From positions 97,838,001 through 97,902,000 of the forward strand of contig NC_086097.1 in NCBI RefSeq assembly GCF_963921235.1: a stretch of DNA of 64,000 nucleotides, in the 5' to 3' direction. The DNA comes from Mobula hypostoma (lineage: Eukaryota). The notes under the pieces are model-generated. The model was given only the letters and a program-made list of their open reading frames with translations, searched no databases and was not told the origin of the DNA. Positions 38,373-51,161 of this stretch are shown one piece after another. Made by a program: the position numbers and the translations under genes. Within the stretch, counting starts at the first letter, position 1; each line of letters begins with the position of its first letter.

Positions 38373-39618
38373 TGCTGGGAGGAACTCACTGGATTAAGCA
38401 GTATCTGCGGAAGCAAAGGGGAGATCGATGGTTCAGACTGAAACCCTGGACAACATTTGATGGGACAATCAATGACATCTCATCCTTCTGAGCTCCAGTG
38501 TATAGAAACCAATTTCAAATTTTTCCCATCCTCATCCCAAGAATTAGTAAATCTATGCTGCAAGGATCCCAAGGTGGAGAACAAATCTGCATGTATTAAA
38601 TGAAGCCGGCAGATGGGGCTCCATCTGCAGAGGCACAGGTTCAATGCTTCATCAGGACTGAGAGTGTAAGGGGAGATAGCCAATCTACAGAGGTGAGGGC
38701 AAGGGCTGAGGCAGGAGCTGGTAAATGGCAGGTGAGGAGAGTTCATGGGCAGATGGAGTCAGGTGAGGAAGCAGTGGTGTTTTTATTTGTATCCATTAAT
38801 TCATTCATTGAGATAGAGCGCAGAATAGGCCACTTTTGAGCCACGCCGCCCAACAACCCCTGATTTAACCCCAGCCTAATCACAGGACAACTTACAATGG
38901 CCAATAAAGCTGCCAGCTGTTAGTGAGAGGGGCTGGGAGCTGATCAGTGGAGGGTAGAGGGCTGTAAATAACAGAGGGAAGGTAACGAGTGCAACCAGAA
39001 AAGGGAGGGATGGTGGGCAGAGGGGAGCAGTGAAGGGTGAGTGGCAACTTTGTAGGCTGCACATGTGGTATGAATGTTGAATTCTCCTACCTCAGGTCAC
39101 CTACACCCCCTCTGTTCCTTTCCCTCTGCTTCTGAGCCACACGGACCCTCCCCCATAACCCCATTACCCAGTTTCTTTCCATTCCCTTCCCCCATAATTC
39201 CATCTGCCCCTGACTCCACTTGCCAGTCAACTTCTCACCTGGACCCACCAATCGCTTGCCAGTTCCTGTCCCACTCCTCCCTCTCACGTCTTCATGTTGG
39301 CTATTTCCCTTCTACACACTCAGTCCCGTTGCAGGGTCTCAACCTGAAAAGTTGACCGTCCCTTTGGATGTTCCTGATCGGCCAAGCTCCCCCAGCAGCT
39401 CATTCTTTTTCTCCAGATTCCAACGTTTTCAGACTCCTCTCTCTGCCTGAACTGCTGAATATTTCCACCTGTGTATGTGCAACTGCAATTTCCGCTATTT
39501 AGCTGGGTCCTGGACCTTCGCCACAGCCGACCTACTCTACCCTTAGTGTCTGCACTGCGAGTGATCCACTGCATGGGAACTGGAACCAACAGCAATCCCT
39601 GTGAAACATTGCCCTCAC

Positions 39619-39682
39619 CTGCTGGGTCAGATTTAATCCCGTGAATCGGTCCACTTCCATCTGCTTCCAGCTTGTCACCTTC
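39619..39682 (-). CDS. EIF2AK4: GCN2 exon, 64 nt, activation-loop insert
   Basis: cacag|EGDKLEADGSGPIHGIKSDPA+G|gtgag; phase 0-1; IKSDP matches GCN2. Confidence 0.92.
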
Positions 39683-40109
39683 CTGTGGGGAAAGGATTTT
39701 AAATTTGCAAGTTTTATTGGGAGGTTCCAGTTTTTAAGCTACAAAGAGTTAGAGACATACAACACGGAGACAGCAGTATCAACCCACTGAGTCCATGTTA
39801 ACCATCAGGTACCCAATTCTACACTAATCCCATTTCATTCCACCCACACCCCATCAATGGCCCCGAGATTTTCCTAGCCACCTTCAGATGGAACAATTAG
39901 CGCTGTGATCAGTAGACTTTTGAGACACAGGAAAAAACCCACATGGTCTAAGGGAGAAATCCACACAGACAGCACCAAAATTCACGACAGAACCCAGGTC
40001 GCTGGAGCTGCAAGCTGTGTTACAGTGCCAGCTTGGAAATACACAGGAATTCAGAGAAACTATGAACTCCTGAAGCTTGGAAGAGAAGAGCTCACAGAAG
40101 ACAGCCATT

Positions 40110-40710
40110 GTTACAGAGCATGGAATCTGGCCTTTCAGCCGAGCTCATCCATACTGACCAAGGTGGAGATCCCAGCTAGTCCCACTTGCCTGCCCATATC
40201 CCTCCAAACTTTTTCCATCCATATACCTGCCAAACAACTGTTAAACATTGTAACTGTACACTCTTTTAACCACTTCCTCTGTCAGCTTGTTCCACTATTT
40301 CTGTTAAATGATCCCCCCCAGGTCCTCTTTAAATCTTTCCCCTCACTGAAAACTCTGGTTTTCGTCTCCCCTACCCTGGGAAAAAGCCTGTGGTCATCCT
40401 CCTGATCTACACCCCTCATGGTTTTATGTATCTCTACAAGGTCAGCTTCAGACTCCTACATGAACGAAAAACAATCCCAGCCTATCTAGATTCTCATAGC
40501 TCAAGCCCTCCAGTCCTCAACATCCTTGTGAATTCCTTCTGTACCTTTTCCAACTTAACGATATCCTTTCTGTAGCTGGGTGACCAGAATTGTGCAAGAT
40601 GTGTGGTCTCTTCAACAATTTGTACAGGTACAACATGATGCCCCAACTCGTATACCCAGTGACCTGACTGACTAAGGCAAGTGTGCCAAATGCATTTTTT
40701 CAGCATCTTG
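40110..40710 (-). mobile_element. Decayed CR1 3' fragment
   Basis: QFWSPSYRKDIVKLEKVQKEFTRML in ORF 40494-40802. Confidence 0.75.
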
Positions 40711-42346
40711 TCTTCCTCATTTTCTTTGCCATCAACCCCTGACTGATCTAAACTTCGACATTCACCTGCTTTTGATACTCTTACCTTACAGAGGTATATC
40801 AATCTCTGTCTTCAAAACTCGAATGAACTAGTTACCATGGGAAAAACGTTCAGCATTTGAGCTTCCCCTGTGTACCAAGGGCTCTCTAGTTCCACCCATA
40901 AATAGCTTCATCATTACAATTGCTACTCGCTCTTGATCATCCCATCCAGAAATACTCTGTCTCATTGCCTCACCAAATACTTTTATTGTTTTAATTCGGT
41001 CTGAACACAAGTTACAACTTTAAAACAGGGGAATAAGCTGTTTCTATAACATGCCCTCATTTCAGCCTTTGTGACAGAAAATGACTAAAGGATCTTTCCA
41101 ACAGCTCATATCCCAGACTCTTTTTACTTACAAATCTTAAAATAAGGAGGAAAACAGATCAATGGAAATTAAGTTTCTGGAAATTACACTGAAATAAGTA
41201 ACATAAAGAACCTCGGTGTAAATAAACTTGACCTGCAATAATCAGTAATCCAGAATATCTGGAAAACCCTGTGCATTTGGCTCACAGGATGTTTGCTGTG
41301 CTCTCTTTAAATCACCAGAGTCCTGCTTCCTGCCTTCACTTTCAATTAACCAGGGAACCAGTTCCCACACCTCTCTTTCACTCACCAGGATCCCAGTTTC
41401 TATGCTCCCTTTGAACTGGCCAAGGTCCTATTTACCACCCCCCTTTTAAACTCACCAAATCATGATTCCCACTCTCCCAATAAACTGACCAGGGCCCTGT
41501 TTAACACATTTCCTTTAAGCTTACTCAGTTCACTGGAGAATTGGTTATTGTAAAAACAAGAATTAAAAGTAAATTGAGTGATTAACAGGAAGTAAGATTC
41601 AATAGTCCAGAAATACCAAAGTCCTGAGCATTGAACACTACATGCCCAAGATGGGGTATTGAATTTTTAACCTACTCTACCATCAATCTATTCTTTCCCT
41701 TCTACATAAACTTCCATTTTTCTACATCGATGTGCTTATCAAAGAGTTTCTTAAATACCCTAATGTATCTGCCACTTCCACCTCCCTGACAGGGTGTTCC
41801 ACACACTCACCACTCTCTGTGTAAAACGCTTACCTCTGACATATCTCCACCTGAGTTGTCTAAGTTTTGCTGTGTGCAGTTTCTGCAAAGGACAGATCTA
41901 GCAGTCTGTTAAAAAGATCGATAACATGGCTTGATCAGGAAGGAAGGGGTTAGGAGCAGGTTCTTGTAACCACATGTTCTCATTTTCCACGAGTCTGGAC
42001 CCAACAATAGACCCCTCACCTAAAAGTCTAGGGACATCTCTATCAGTATCTCCATCTGGAGATCGACAAGTTGCTGTCAATGGACAAGCCATTTCTCACA
42101 AGCTAACGTCACAAAGCAACAAGGCATACAGTACAGATGGAGTACAGATCAATGAGGGCAAGGTTCCAGACAAAAAATTATGAAGATATGCTGCAACTTA
42201 ATCTTCTAAAAACTTGAAAACAAAAATCCTCAATTTCAACATATAAATGTTAGGAGGTGATAAATGTAGCTTCTCCAAAGCTATAGCGAATAAAAATACA
42301 AATATCCCACATAAAAGATATTATTCCTGAACTGCAAAATATATCA

Positions 42347-42613
<267 letters not shown>

Positions 42614-43537
42614 TCAAACTTTTGAATATGTATCTTTCCAGCTGAAAATGTTGCAACTCATAATATATGATTTTTTTCTATCAGAGAGGAGGGAGGGAAC
42701 ATCGTCTCAGACCTTCAGAGGCCTGCCTCGGGCATTTTCATGCCTACAAAGCGCAGGCTGGAATAGAGCTATTTGATTTACCTCATTCTGCTCATTCCCC
42801 CATTACAAACACCACTGGCATTCCCTTAAGACCTACAACACAAGTGAACTTGGCAAACAAGAGCATAGTAATCCATCACCTGACCTGGCTGGATCAAATC
42901 AATTGCATGGTGTGATTCTCCTAGAATGAAAAAGCAACTCCAATTTTTCCTCTCCACGCTACTTCTCAAGCACACATCCCTTTCCCCCCCATTGTCACTC
43001 CAAGTGTGAAGAACTAATTGTCACCAGGACTAAGACTTTCTATTAGTTGTCTCAGCGGTCCCCCTCCTCCACTCAACAACTAATCACACAATTGACTCTG
43101 AACTTGCATCATTCTCCAGTTTTGCCTCCTCTTCCTGCCAACTCCCTGAATCAAATATCTCATAATGTTCTGCATGAGCTTACTGCAACAGGACAGGTCC
43201 TTGGTGATCCCATACCTGGAGTACTGGGTGAACTTTTAGTCAGAATACCAAGGACGGGATATACTTGCCATAGAGGGAGTACAGCAAAGGCTCTTTCTGA
43301 GACAGTGGAACAAGAAGGGATTGGCTCAACAAGGCCCATGCAGTTCAGAGATTTCCAAGCAGACCTTATGGACAGGCCTAAACAGGCCAGACCTGGGGAA
43401 GATGCTTCCCTTGGCAAAAGCACCTCAGACCAAGGGTCACAGGTTCAGGATATATATAGGAATAAACAAAGATTCTTTACTTCATAGGTTGGTGAATCTG
43501 TGGGATTCTCTACCCTGTGGAAGCAAAATTGCTGAAT

Positions 43538-45097
43538 ACATAGATACATAGAAAATAGGTGCAGGAGTAGGCCATTCGGCCCTTCGAGCCTGCACCGCCA
43601 TTCAGTACCATCATGGCTGATCATCCAACTCAGAACCCTGTACCGGCCTTCCCTCCATACCCCCTGATCCCTTTAGCCACAAGGGCCATATCTAACTCCC
43701 TCTTAAATATAGCCAATGAACTGGCCTCAACTGTTTCCTGTGGCAGAGAATTCCACAGATTCACCACTCTCTGTGTGAAGAAGTTTTTCCTCATCTCGGT
43801 CCTAAAAGGCTTCCCCTTTATCCTCAAATGGTGACCCCTCATTCTGGACTTCCCCAACATCGGGAACAATCTTTCTGCATCTAGCCTGTCCAATCCCTTT
43901 AGAATTTTATACGTTTCAATAAGATCCCCCCTCAATCTTCTAAATTCCAACAAATATAAGCCTAGTCGATCCAGTCTTTCTTCATATGAAAGTTCTGCCA
44001 TCCCAGGAATCAATCTGGTGAACCTTCTTTGTACTCCCTCTATGGCAAGGATGTCTTTCCTCAGATTAGGGGACCAAAACTGCACACAATACTCCAGGTG
44101 TGGTCTCACCAAGGCCTTGTACAACTGCAGTAGTACCTCCTTGCTCCTGTACTCGAATCCTCTTGCTATGAATGCCAGCATACCATTCGCCTTTTTCACC
44201 GCCTGCTGTACCTGCATGCCCACTTTCAATGACTGGTGTATAATGACACCCAGGTCTCGTTGCACCTCCCCTTTTCCTAATCGGCCACCATTCAGATAAA
44301 AATCTGCTTTCCTGTTTTTGCCACCAAAGTGGATAACCTCACATTTATCCACATGAAATTGCATCTGCATGAATTTGCCCACTCACCTAACCTATCCAAG
44401 TCACCCTGCATCCTCTTAGCATCCTCCTCACAGCTAACACTGCCGCCCAGCTTCGTATCATCCGCAAACTTGGAGATGCTGCATTTAATTCCCTCGTCTA
44501 AGGCATTAATATATATTGTAAACAACTGGGGTCCCAGCACTGAGCCTTGCGGTACCCCACTAGTCACTGCCTGCCATTCTCAAAAGGTCCCGTTTATTCC
44601 CACTCTTTGCTTCCTGTCTGCCAACCAATTCTCTATCCACATCAATACCTTACCCGCAACACTGTGTTCTTTAAGTTTGCATACTAATCTCCTGTGTGGG
44701 ACCTTGTCAAAAGCCTTTTGAAAATCCAAATATACCACATCCACTGGTTCTCCCCTATCCACTCTACTAGTTACATCCTCAAAAAATTCTATGAGATTCG
44801 TCAGACATGATATTCCTTTCACAAATCCATGCTGACTTTGTCCGATGATTTCGCCGCTTTCCAAATGTGCTGTTATCACATCTTTGATAACTGACCCTAG
44901 CATTTTCCCCACCACCGATGTCAGGCTTACCGGTCTATAATTCCTGGGTTTCTCTTTCCCTCCTTTTTAAACAACAGGGTTACAATAGCCACCCTCCAAT
45001 CCTCAGGAACTAGTCCAGAATCTAAAGAGTTTCGAAAAATTATCACTAATGCATCCACTATTTCTTGGGCTACTTCCTTAAGCACTCTGGGATGCAT
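43538..45097 (-). mobile_element. Young CR1 3' 1.55 kb, same subfamily as 19136-22830
   Basis: Translations nearly identical to ORFs 21457-22743; (TTTCTATG)n-type tail. Confidence 0.95.
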
Positions 45098-45147
45098 CCT
45101 CCCTGTTCCAGTCCCAATCACTCTCAGCTCCCAGAGACCAGACATCC

Positions 45148-45798
45148 GGTGCTCCCGGTGCGGCCTCCTTTACATCGGTGAAACCAGACACAGATTGGGG
45201 GACCGCTTCGTTGAGCACCTCCGCTCCATCCGCCACCACAGACAGGATCGCTCGGTTGCCACCCACTTCAACTCTGCTTCACATTCCCATTCGGATATGT
45301 CCATACATGGCCTCCTCTACTGTCATGATGAGGCTAAGCTCAGGTTGGAGGAGCAACACCTCATATACCGTCTAGGTAGTCTCCAGCCCCTTGGTATGAA
45401 CATTGAACTTCCGGTAATTCCCTCCCCCTCCCTTCCCGTAATTCCCTCCCCCTCCCTTCCCGTATCCCAATTTCACTCTGCCCCCTCCCCCAGCTGCCTA
45501 TCACCTCCCTCATGGTCCCGCCTCTTTCTACTACCCATTGTGTTTTCCCCTATTCTTTCTTCACCTTTCCTGCCTATCACCTCCCTGCTTCCCCTCCCCC
45601 ACCCCTTTATCTTTTCCCTCACTGGTTTTTCACCTGGAACCTACCAGCCTTCTCCTTCCCACCCTCCCCCCACCTTCTTTATAGGGCCTCTGCCCCTTCC
45701 CTCTACAGTCCTGATGAAGGGTTCCGGCCCGAAACGTTGACTGATTGTTTCCACGGATGCTGCCCGACCTGCTGAGTTCCTCCAGTGTGTTGTGGGTG
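45148..45798 (+). mobile_element. Penelope-like element 3' fragment (GIY-YIG end and 3' terminal region)
   Basis: RCSRCGLLYIGET..GDRFVEHLRS..VATHFNS..EEQHLIYRLGSLQP. Confidence 0.92.
45706..45743 (+). ncRNA. Minimal type I hammerhead ribozyme motif (Penelope-associated)
   Basis: cagtc-CTGATGA-aggg ttccgg ccc-GAAA-cg-TT-gactg: stem I CAGTC/GACTG, stem II GGG/CCC, palindromic AACGTT in place of stem III. Confidence 0.8.
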
Positions 45799-46750
45799 TC
45801 ACTCTCAGCTCCCAGACACCACACATCCTCCCTGCTCCAGTTCCAATCACTCTCGTCTTCCTGAGACAACACATCCTCCCTGTTCCGGCCCCAATCACTC
45901 TCAGCTCCCAGACTCTGCACATCCTCCCTGTTCCAGTTCCAATCACTCTCAGCTCCCAGATTCTCTAGTTTCCTTCTACGCACAGGTTGCTAGGTTAATT
46001 TCTTATCACGTGTAGGTAGGTGGCAGAGACCGGTGGGTTGGGAGGTAGATCTGATGGGTATGTGAAGCAAAGCAGGTTACAAGGAGTGAGTGAATGGGAT
46101 TGATGAGATTACTCCAAGAGCCAGAATAGGATTTTGGAGCAAAGTGGCCTCTCCTTGTTGAGAGGTGAGAAATAATTAAAAAGGCAAACAGATTTTTAGA
46201 CACAAAAGGATCAAGGGGTATGGGGAGAGAGCAAGAATATGATATAGAGGACCGCCTTGTATGGTTGAGCAAACTCAAAGGGCCAAATTGTCTACTCCTG
46301 CTTTTATTTTCTGTATCTATGTTCTACACCAATATTGTCCATCGCCTTTCTTGCCTCAGCTTATCTGTGGCCGAATCCTTCCTCCTTTCTTTTCTTTTTT
46401 TTAAATATATTTATTTTTATTGAAGGAATGACACAATACAGAATATATAATGGATTACATTTTCCTCCATTTTGCTTTAGTATCGTACCCCCAAAACAAA
46501 CCTCCCCCCCACCCACCCTCCCTGAACATATCATGGCAGCTAATATATCTACAACACAACAATTCACAAATACAAGTATGGACATTTCACAACCGTACCC
46601 CCACACTACTTCAATACGACAGCTCATACACATCTGCAACATGTCAGATGATCCAAAATACACTCATATTTACAATTCATCAACCACCCTGTGAGGTAAA
46701 TTATAAGTGTGTTAAATGGGAGGCAACTTCCTAAGTACAATCAAATGCCC

Positions 46751-49700
46751 TCAACTAGTAGGTAATTCCTTAAGACTCCCAAAATATGATAAGAAAGGTC
46801 CCCATTTTGAATAGAACTTTTTCACAGACCCCCTCAAAGTGAATTTAATCTTTTCTAATTTCAGAAAAAACATTACATCTTCTAACCAAGCAGCAGCAGT
46901 TGGGGGAGTGGCAGATTTCCAAACCAGCAAAATTCTCCTACGGGCCAATAGCGATGTAAATGCAATGATATCCGACTGGCTTGCATTTAAACCCAAATCA
47001 TCATCTGCCACACCAAATACAGCTATAAGTGGGCAAGGTCTCAGTGTCACCCCCAAAACCTCACTGATAATTTTAAAAACCAGTGCCCAATAGTCATCAA
47101 GCCGAGGGCATGACCAAAATGCATGTATTAAACCAGCCGGAGAGAAGGAACACCTGTCACAGCCAGCGTCTGTCCCAGGGTATATGTCTGCCAGTCTGGC
47201 TTTACTTAAATGTACCCTGTGTAAAACTGTGAATTGTATGAGCCCCAGTCTAGCACATGATGATGAGAAATGAACCCTATTCAATACTTTTGCCCAATAT
47301 TCTTCCGCAAGGTCCATACCGAGGTCGTCCTCCCACCTACTCTTAGTTTTATTTAGATCTTGAACTCCCAAAGACATCAGCTGAGAGTATAGTTCAGAAA
47401 TCAGCCCCTTATTGTTAAAGCTAAGAGTGAATTTTTCCCATAACATAGCAGGTGGTAGAACAGGAAAAGAGGGAAATTTTTCCTTGACAAAGTGGCGAAT
47501 CTGCAGGTATTTAAAAAAATGATTATGCGGAAGGCCATACTTACCGCGCAGGTTATCAAAACTATCAAATATGTTGTCAGTATACAAATCCTTAATGCAC
47601 ATAAGACCATTCAAACCCCATTGTCTAAAAGCTGAATCGAATGTGGAGGGAGGAAATAAATGGTTTTTATGAATGGGGCCCAAAACTGAAGCTGATAGGA
47701 ACTTATAGTGGCAGCGAAATTGATTAAAAATTTTGAGGGTAGAGAGCACGACCGGGTTAGATGTGAATTGAGAGGATTTCAATGGTAAGGAAGAATACAC
47801 CAAAGCTGGGAGAGACGAGGAGTGGCAAGATCGTGACTCAAGCAGGCACCAGATTATATCTGGCCGGTGAAGCCAAAATAATACTTTTTGAATGTTCGAT
47901 GCCCAGTAATAATGAATAAAGCTGGGAAGACCCATTCCACCTATGTCACGACCTCTTTGAAGAATGCGCTTATTAACCCTTGGGACCTTATTTTCCCAAA
48001 TAAAGGAGGTTATAGCTTGATCAACTGATTTAAAAAATAACTTAGATAAGAAAACTGGCAAACACTGAAACAAATAGAGAAATCTAGGAAGTATAGTCAT
48101 TTTCACTGACTGAATTCTCCCAGCTATAGTAAGGGGTAAACTGCGCCATCTCTCGAAATCAGCCTTCATTTGGCTAACCTGAGGCCTGTAGTTAGCTTCA
48201 AACAGAGATGTAAAAGAGCGAGTAATATGTATTCCTAGGTATACAAAACCATCTTGAGATAAAGGAAAGGGCAAGGATTCCTGTCGGATCTGTAGGGCCA
48301 AGTTATTAATGGGAAAGCATTTGCTTTTTTGAAAGTTCAGTTTATAGCCAGAGAAGGCTCCAAATTGACCTAATAATGACACAATAGCAGGACTACTTCC
48401 TACAGGGTCACTAACATAAAGTAAGAGGTCATCAGCATATAGGGAAACACGGTGTTCCATGTCCCCTCTTATAACACCTTGAAATAATGTAGTTGACTTA
48501 ATTGCAATAGAAAGAGGCTCAATTGCAATTGCAAAAAGAAGAGGGGACAGTGGGCAGCCTTGGTGAGTGCCACGTTTTAATGGGAAATAGCCAGATCGAA
48601 AATAATTTGTCTGTATACACGCTGAAGGCGAGTGGTATAATAGCTTAACCCAAGCTATAAATATTCTGCCAAATCCAAATTTCTCCAAAACACTAAATAA
48701 ATATACCCATTCCACTCTATCAAATGCCTTCTCCGCGTCCAAGGCGATAACAACCTCTGGACTTGGAGAATCACTCAGTGAATAAACCACATCAGCCAGT
48801 CGACGGATATTAAAAAAAGAATAGCGATTTTTAATAAAACCTGTTTGATCATCTGAAATTATCTTGGGAAGGGGATGTTCTAAACGACATGCAAGCACTT
48901 TAGCCAAAATTTTCACATCTACATTCAAAAGTGAAATGGGGCGATATGATCCACATTGGGTCGGGTCCTTGTCCTTTTTAAGAAGTAGTGAAATAGCTGC
49001 CTGTGAAAGAGAAGGGGGTAAGGAGCCATTCTCCAAAGATTCCTGAAACACTTCTAGAAGGACCGGTGTGAGCTTATCCTTAAATTTCTTATAAAATTCT
49101 ATTGGATAACCATCAGGACCTGGGGACTTACCACTCTGCATAGCCATAATGGCATTATTAATCTCTTCCTGCCCAAGAGCCCGATCTAGGTTCTCCACTT
49201 CCTCTGGTTCAAGAGTTGGTATTTCCAAATTATCTAAAAAACGTTCCATATTTGTTTTATCTGAGGGGAACTCTGAGGCATACAGAGAGGAATAAAAAGT
49301 TGCAAAGATGTTATTAATCTCTTTTGGATTGCTTGTCAAGTTCTGGTGCATGTCTCTTACCTGAGGAATAAGTCGTGATGCAGCTTGATGTTTCAACTGA
49401 TGAGCCATAAGCTGGCTCGCCTTGTCACCATATTCATAATAGAGGCCACGTGTCTTAAGAATTAATTGTTCTGATAGGTTTGTAGATAGGAAATTAAACT
49501 TCGCTTGCAAATCAACCCGGCTTTTATATAATTCCGCAGTGGGTGCCTCAGAGTATTTTCTATCCAGGTCCCAAATAGATTTCAATAACACTTGCATTTC
49601 CTTCCTACGCTCTTTATTGGCATGTGAAGTATAAGATATTATTTGACCCCTCAAGTAAGCTTTTAAAGTTTCCCAAAGTAAAGAGTACGATACCGACTCA

Positions 49701-50554
49701 GTTTTGTTAGTCTCGAAGCATGTGTCAATGTTAGCCGATATATAACTACAAAATTTCTCATTAGAAAGCAAAAGGGGGTTAAGTCTCCACAGAGGCCGTT
49801 CTCTAACGTTTAAAGGAAAACATAGGTCCAGTTTCACGGGCGAGTGATCAGATATAACTATAGCAGTGTATTCAATTTGTCTAATCATAGGTATCAAGGA
49901 ATTATCTATAAAGAAATAGTCTAGCCTGGAATAGGAGTGGTGAACATGAGAGAAGAAAGAGAATTGCCTAACTGATGGATTCAAAAATCTCCAAGGATCC
50001 ATATAACCATTTTGTTGCATAAACATCGAGAAGGCCTTTGCCATACCAGAAAATGTTCCCCTAGGGCAAGACCTATCAAGCAGTGGGTCAACAGCACAGT
50101 TCAAATCTCCGGAAAAGATTAGCTTATGTGTATTCAGGTTAGGTATTAATGACAAAACCCTATTTGCAAATTGGACATCGTCCCAATTAGGAGCATAAAC
50201 ATTTACCAAAATAACAGGTATCTGAAAGAGAGAGCCAGAGACTATAATAAAGCGACCATTAGGGTCACTGATTACATCAGATGGTGTGAACTGCATTCTT
50301 TTGGTGATTAATATTGCCACCCCCCTGGACCTACTATTAAATCTGGAATGAAAAACCTGACTAATCCATGCTTTACAAAGTCTATTATGGTCCTCCACTC
50401 TTAAATGTGTCTCTTGTAGAAATAGTATATCAGCTTTTAATTGTTTCAGATGTGAGAAAACTTTAGCTCTTTTAACCGGACCATTAAGCCCCTTTACATT
50501 CCAAGAAATAAACCTCACAGGGTGGCCTCCATCAGCATCACCCATGTTAACCAT
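46751..50554 (-). CDS. L1-clade ORF2p (APE endonuclease, reverse transcriptase, C-terminal Cys/His motif), 1267 aa from the first ATG, uninterrupted
   Basis: SWNVKGL, QETH, GDLN, SRLD, SDH; DAEKAFD, QGCPLSP, YADD, YLG; CDRC..HAFWSC. Confidence 0.93.
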   Translation of the reverse strand: MVNMGDADGGHPVRFISWNVKGLNGPVKRAKVFSHLKQLKADILFLQETHLRVEDHNRLCKAWISQVFHSRFNSRSRGVAILITKRMQFTPSDVISDPNGRFIIVSGSLFQIPVILVNVYAPNWDDVQFANRVLSLIPNLNTHKLIFSGDLNCAVDPLLDRSCPRGTFSGMAKAFSMFMQQNGYMDPWRFLNPSVRQFSFFSHVHHSYSRLDYFFIDNSLIPMIRQIEYTAIVISDHSPVKLDLCFPLNVRERPLWRLNPLLLSNEKFCSYISANIDTCFETNKTESVSYSLLWETLKAYLRGQIISYTSHANKERRKEMQVLLKSIWDLDRKYSEAPTAELYKSRVDLQAKFNFLSTNLSEQLILKTRGLYYEYGDKASQLMAHQLKHQAASRLIPQVRDMHQNLTSNPKEINNIFATFYSSLYASEFPSDKTNMERFLDNLEIPTLEPEEVENLDRALGQEEINNAIMAMQSGKSPGPDGYPIEFYKKFKDKLTPVLLEVFQESLENGSLPPSLSQAAISLLLKKDKDPTQCGSYRPISLLNVDVKILAKVLACRLEHPLPKIISDDQTGFIKNRYSFFNIRRLADVVYSLSDSPSPEVVIALDAEKAFDRVEWVYLFSVLEKFGFGRIFIAWVKLLYHSPSACIQTNYFRSGYFPLKRGTHQGCPLSPLLFAIAIEPLSIAIKSTTLFQGVIRGDMEHRVSLYADDLLLYVSDPVGSSPAIVSLLGQFGAFSGYKLNFQKSKCFPINNLALQIRQESLPFPLSQDGFVYLGIHITRSFTSLFEANYRPQVSQMKADFERWRSLPLTIAGRIQSVKMTILPRFLYLFQCLPVFLSKLFFKSVDQAITSFIWENKVPRVNKRILQRGRDIGGMGLPSFIHYYWASNIQKVLFWLHRPDIIWCLLESRSCHSSSLPALVYSSLPLKSSQFTSNPVVLSTLKIFNQFRCHYKFLSASVLGPIHKNHLFPPSTFDSAFRQWGLNGLMCIKDLYTDNIFDSFDNLRGKYGLPHNHFFKYLQIRHFVKEKFPSFPVLPPAMLWEKFTLSFNNKGLISELYSQLMSLGVQDLNKTKSRWEDDLGMDLAEEYWAKVLNRVHFSSSCARLGLIQFTVLHRVHLSKARLADIYPGTDAGCDRCSFSPAGLIHAFWSCPRLDDYWALVFKIISEVLGVTLRPCPLIAVFGVADDDLGLNASQSDIIAFTSLLARRRILLVWKSATPPTAAAWLEDVMFFLKLEKIKFTLRGSVKKFYSKWGPFLSYFGSLKELPTS

Positions 50555-51161
50555 ATCAAAAGACACACAGGGCCTACAATCCAAAACAGTGCGAGGGTAT
50601 AAGTTGCACACAATAACGCACAATAAAAAGAAAGTCTGATCAATCCGTAACACACAAAAGAATAAACTGCCATGGTAATCCCCCAAAACACTCCCCCCAC
50701 CCCTTTACACAAACAAAAAAACCCAATTAACCCCCGAAGCCTAGATCTACCTCCCCAATTGAGGATGATCGCAGGCAGTACCCAACAAAAAACTTCCAAG
50801 GCGTCCCCCATACAACCCAACTTTCAATCTAATCTAGGGTGGCTCCCCTCCCTAAAATTTATCCTATCACTTATACTACCTTTAATATAACATATAGGCT
50901 AAAGATAACACAGGTCAAGCTAAGCATTAAAAACAAAAAAAAACACACTGGGCAACTTAAACACCCGAGATATAAATCCCAAATATTTACATTTTGCTGG
51001 TTGAAAGTTTTTGTTAATCAGTTTCGGCAGCATAGCAGTTCGACCCGATCGCGTTCCACAAATTAAACTGGAAAAAATGAACAAAGAAGTGGATTGTGAA
51101 AATTAACAGTTTGCTTCGGCATGAGGCCCCTTCAATGCTGCACGAATAACCTAAAAAAAAG

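Larger units (their letters stand above)
45095..45965. repeat. 48-bp tandem repeat (CACATCCTCCCTGTTCCAGTTCCAATCACTCTCAGCTCCCAGA...) interrupted by Penelope
   Basis: One unit at 45095-45147 and about 3.5 units at 45799-45965. Confidence 0.8.

Noticed and set aside
50555..50686. N-terminal 44 aa of the listed 1311-aa ORF
   Set aside because: Non-ATG start within the inter-ORF spacer; the first ATG is at 50554, just before the endonuclease domain
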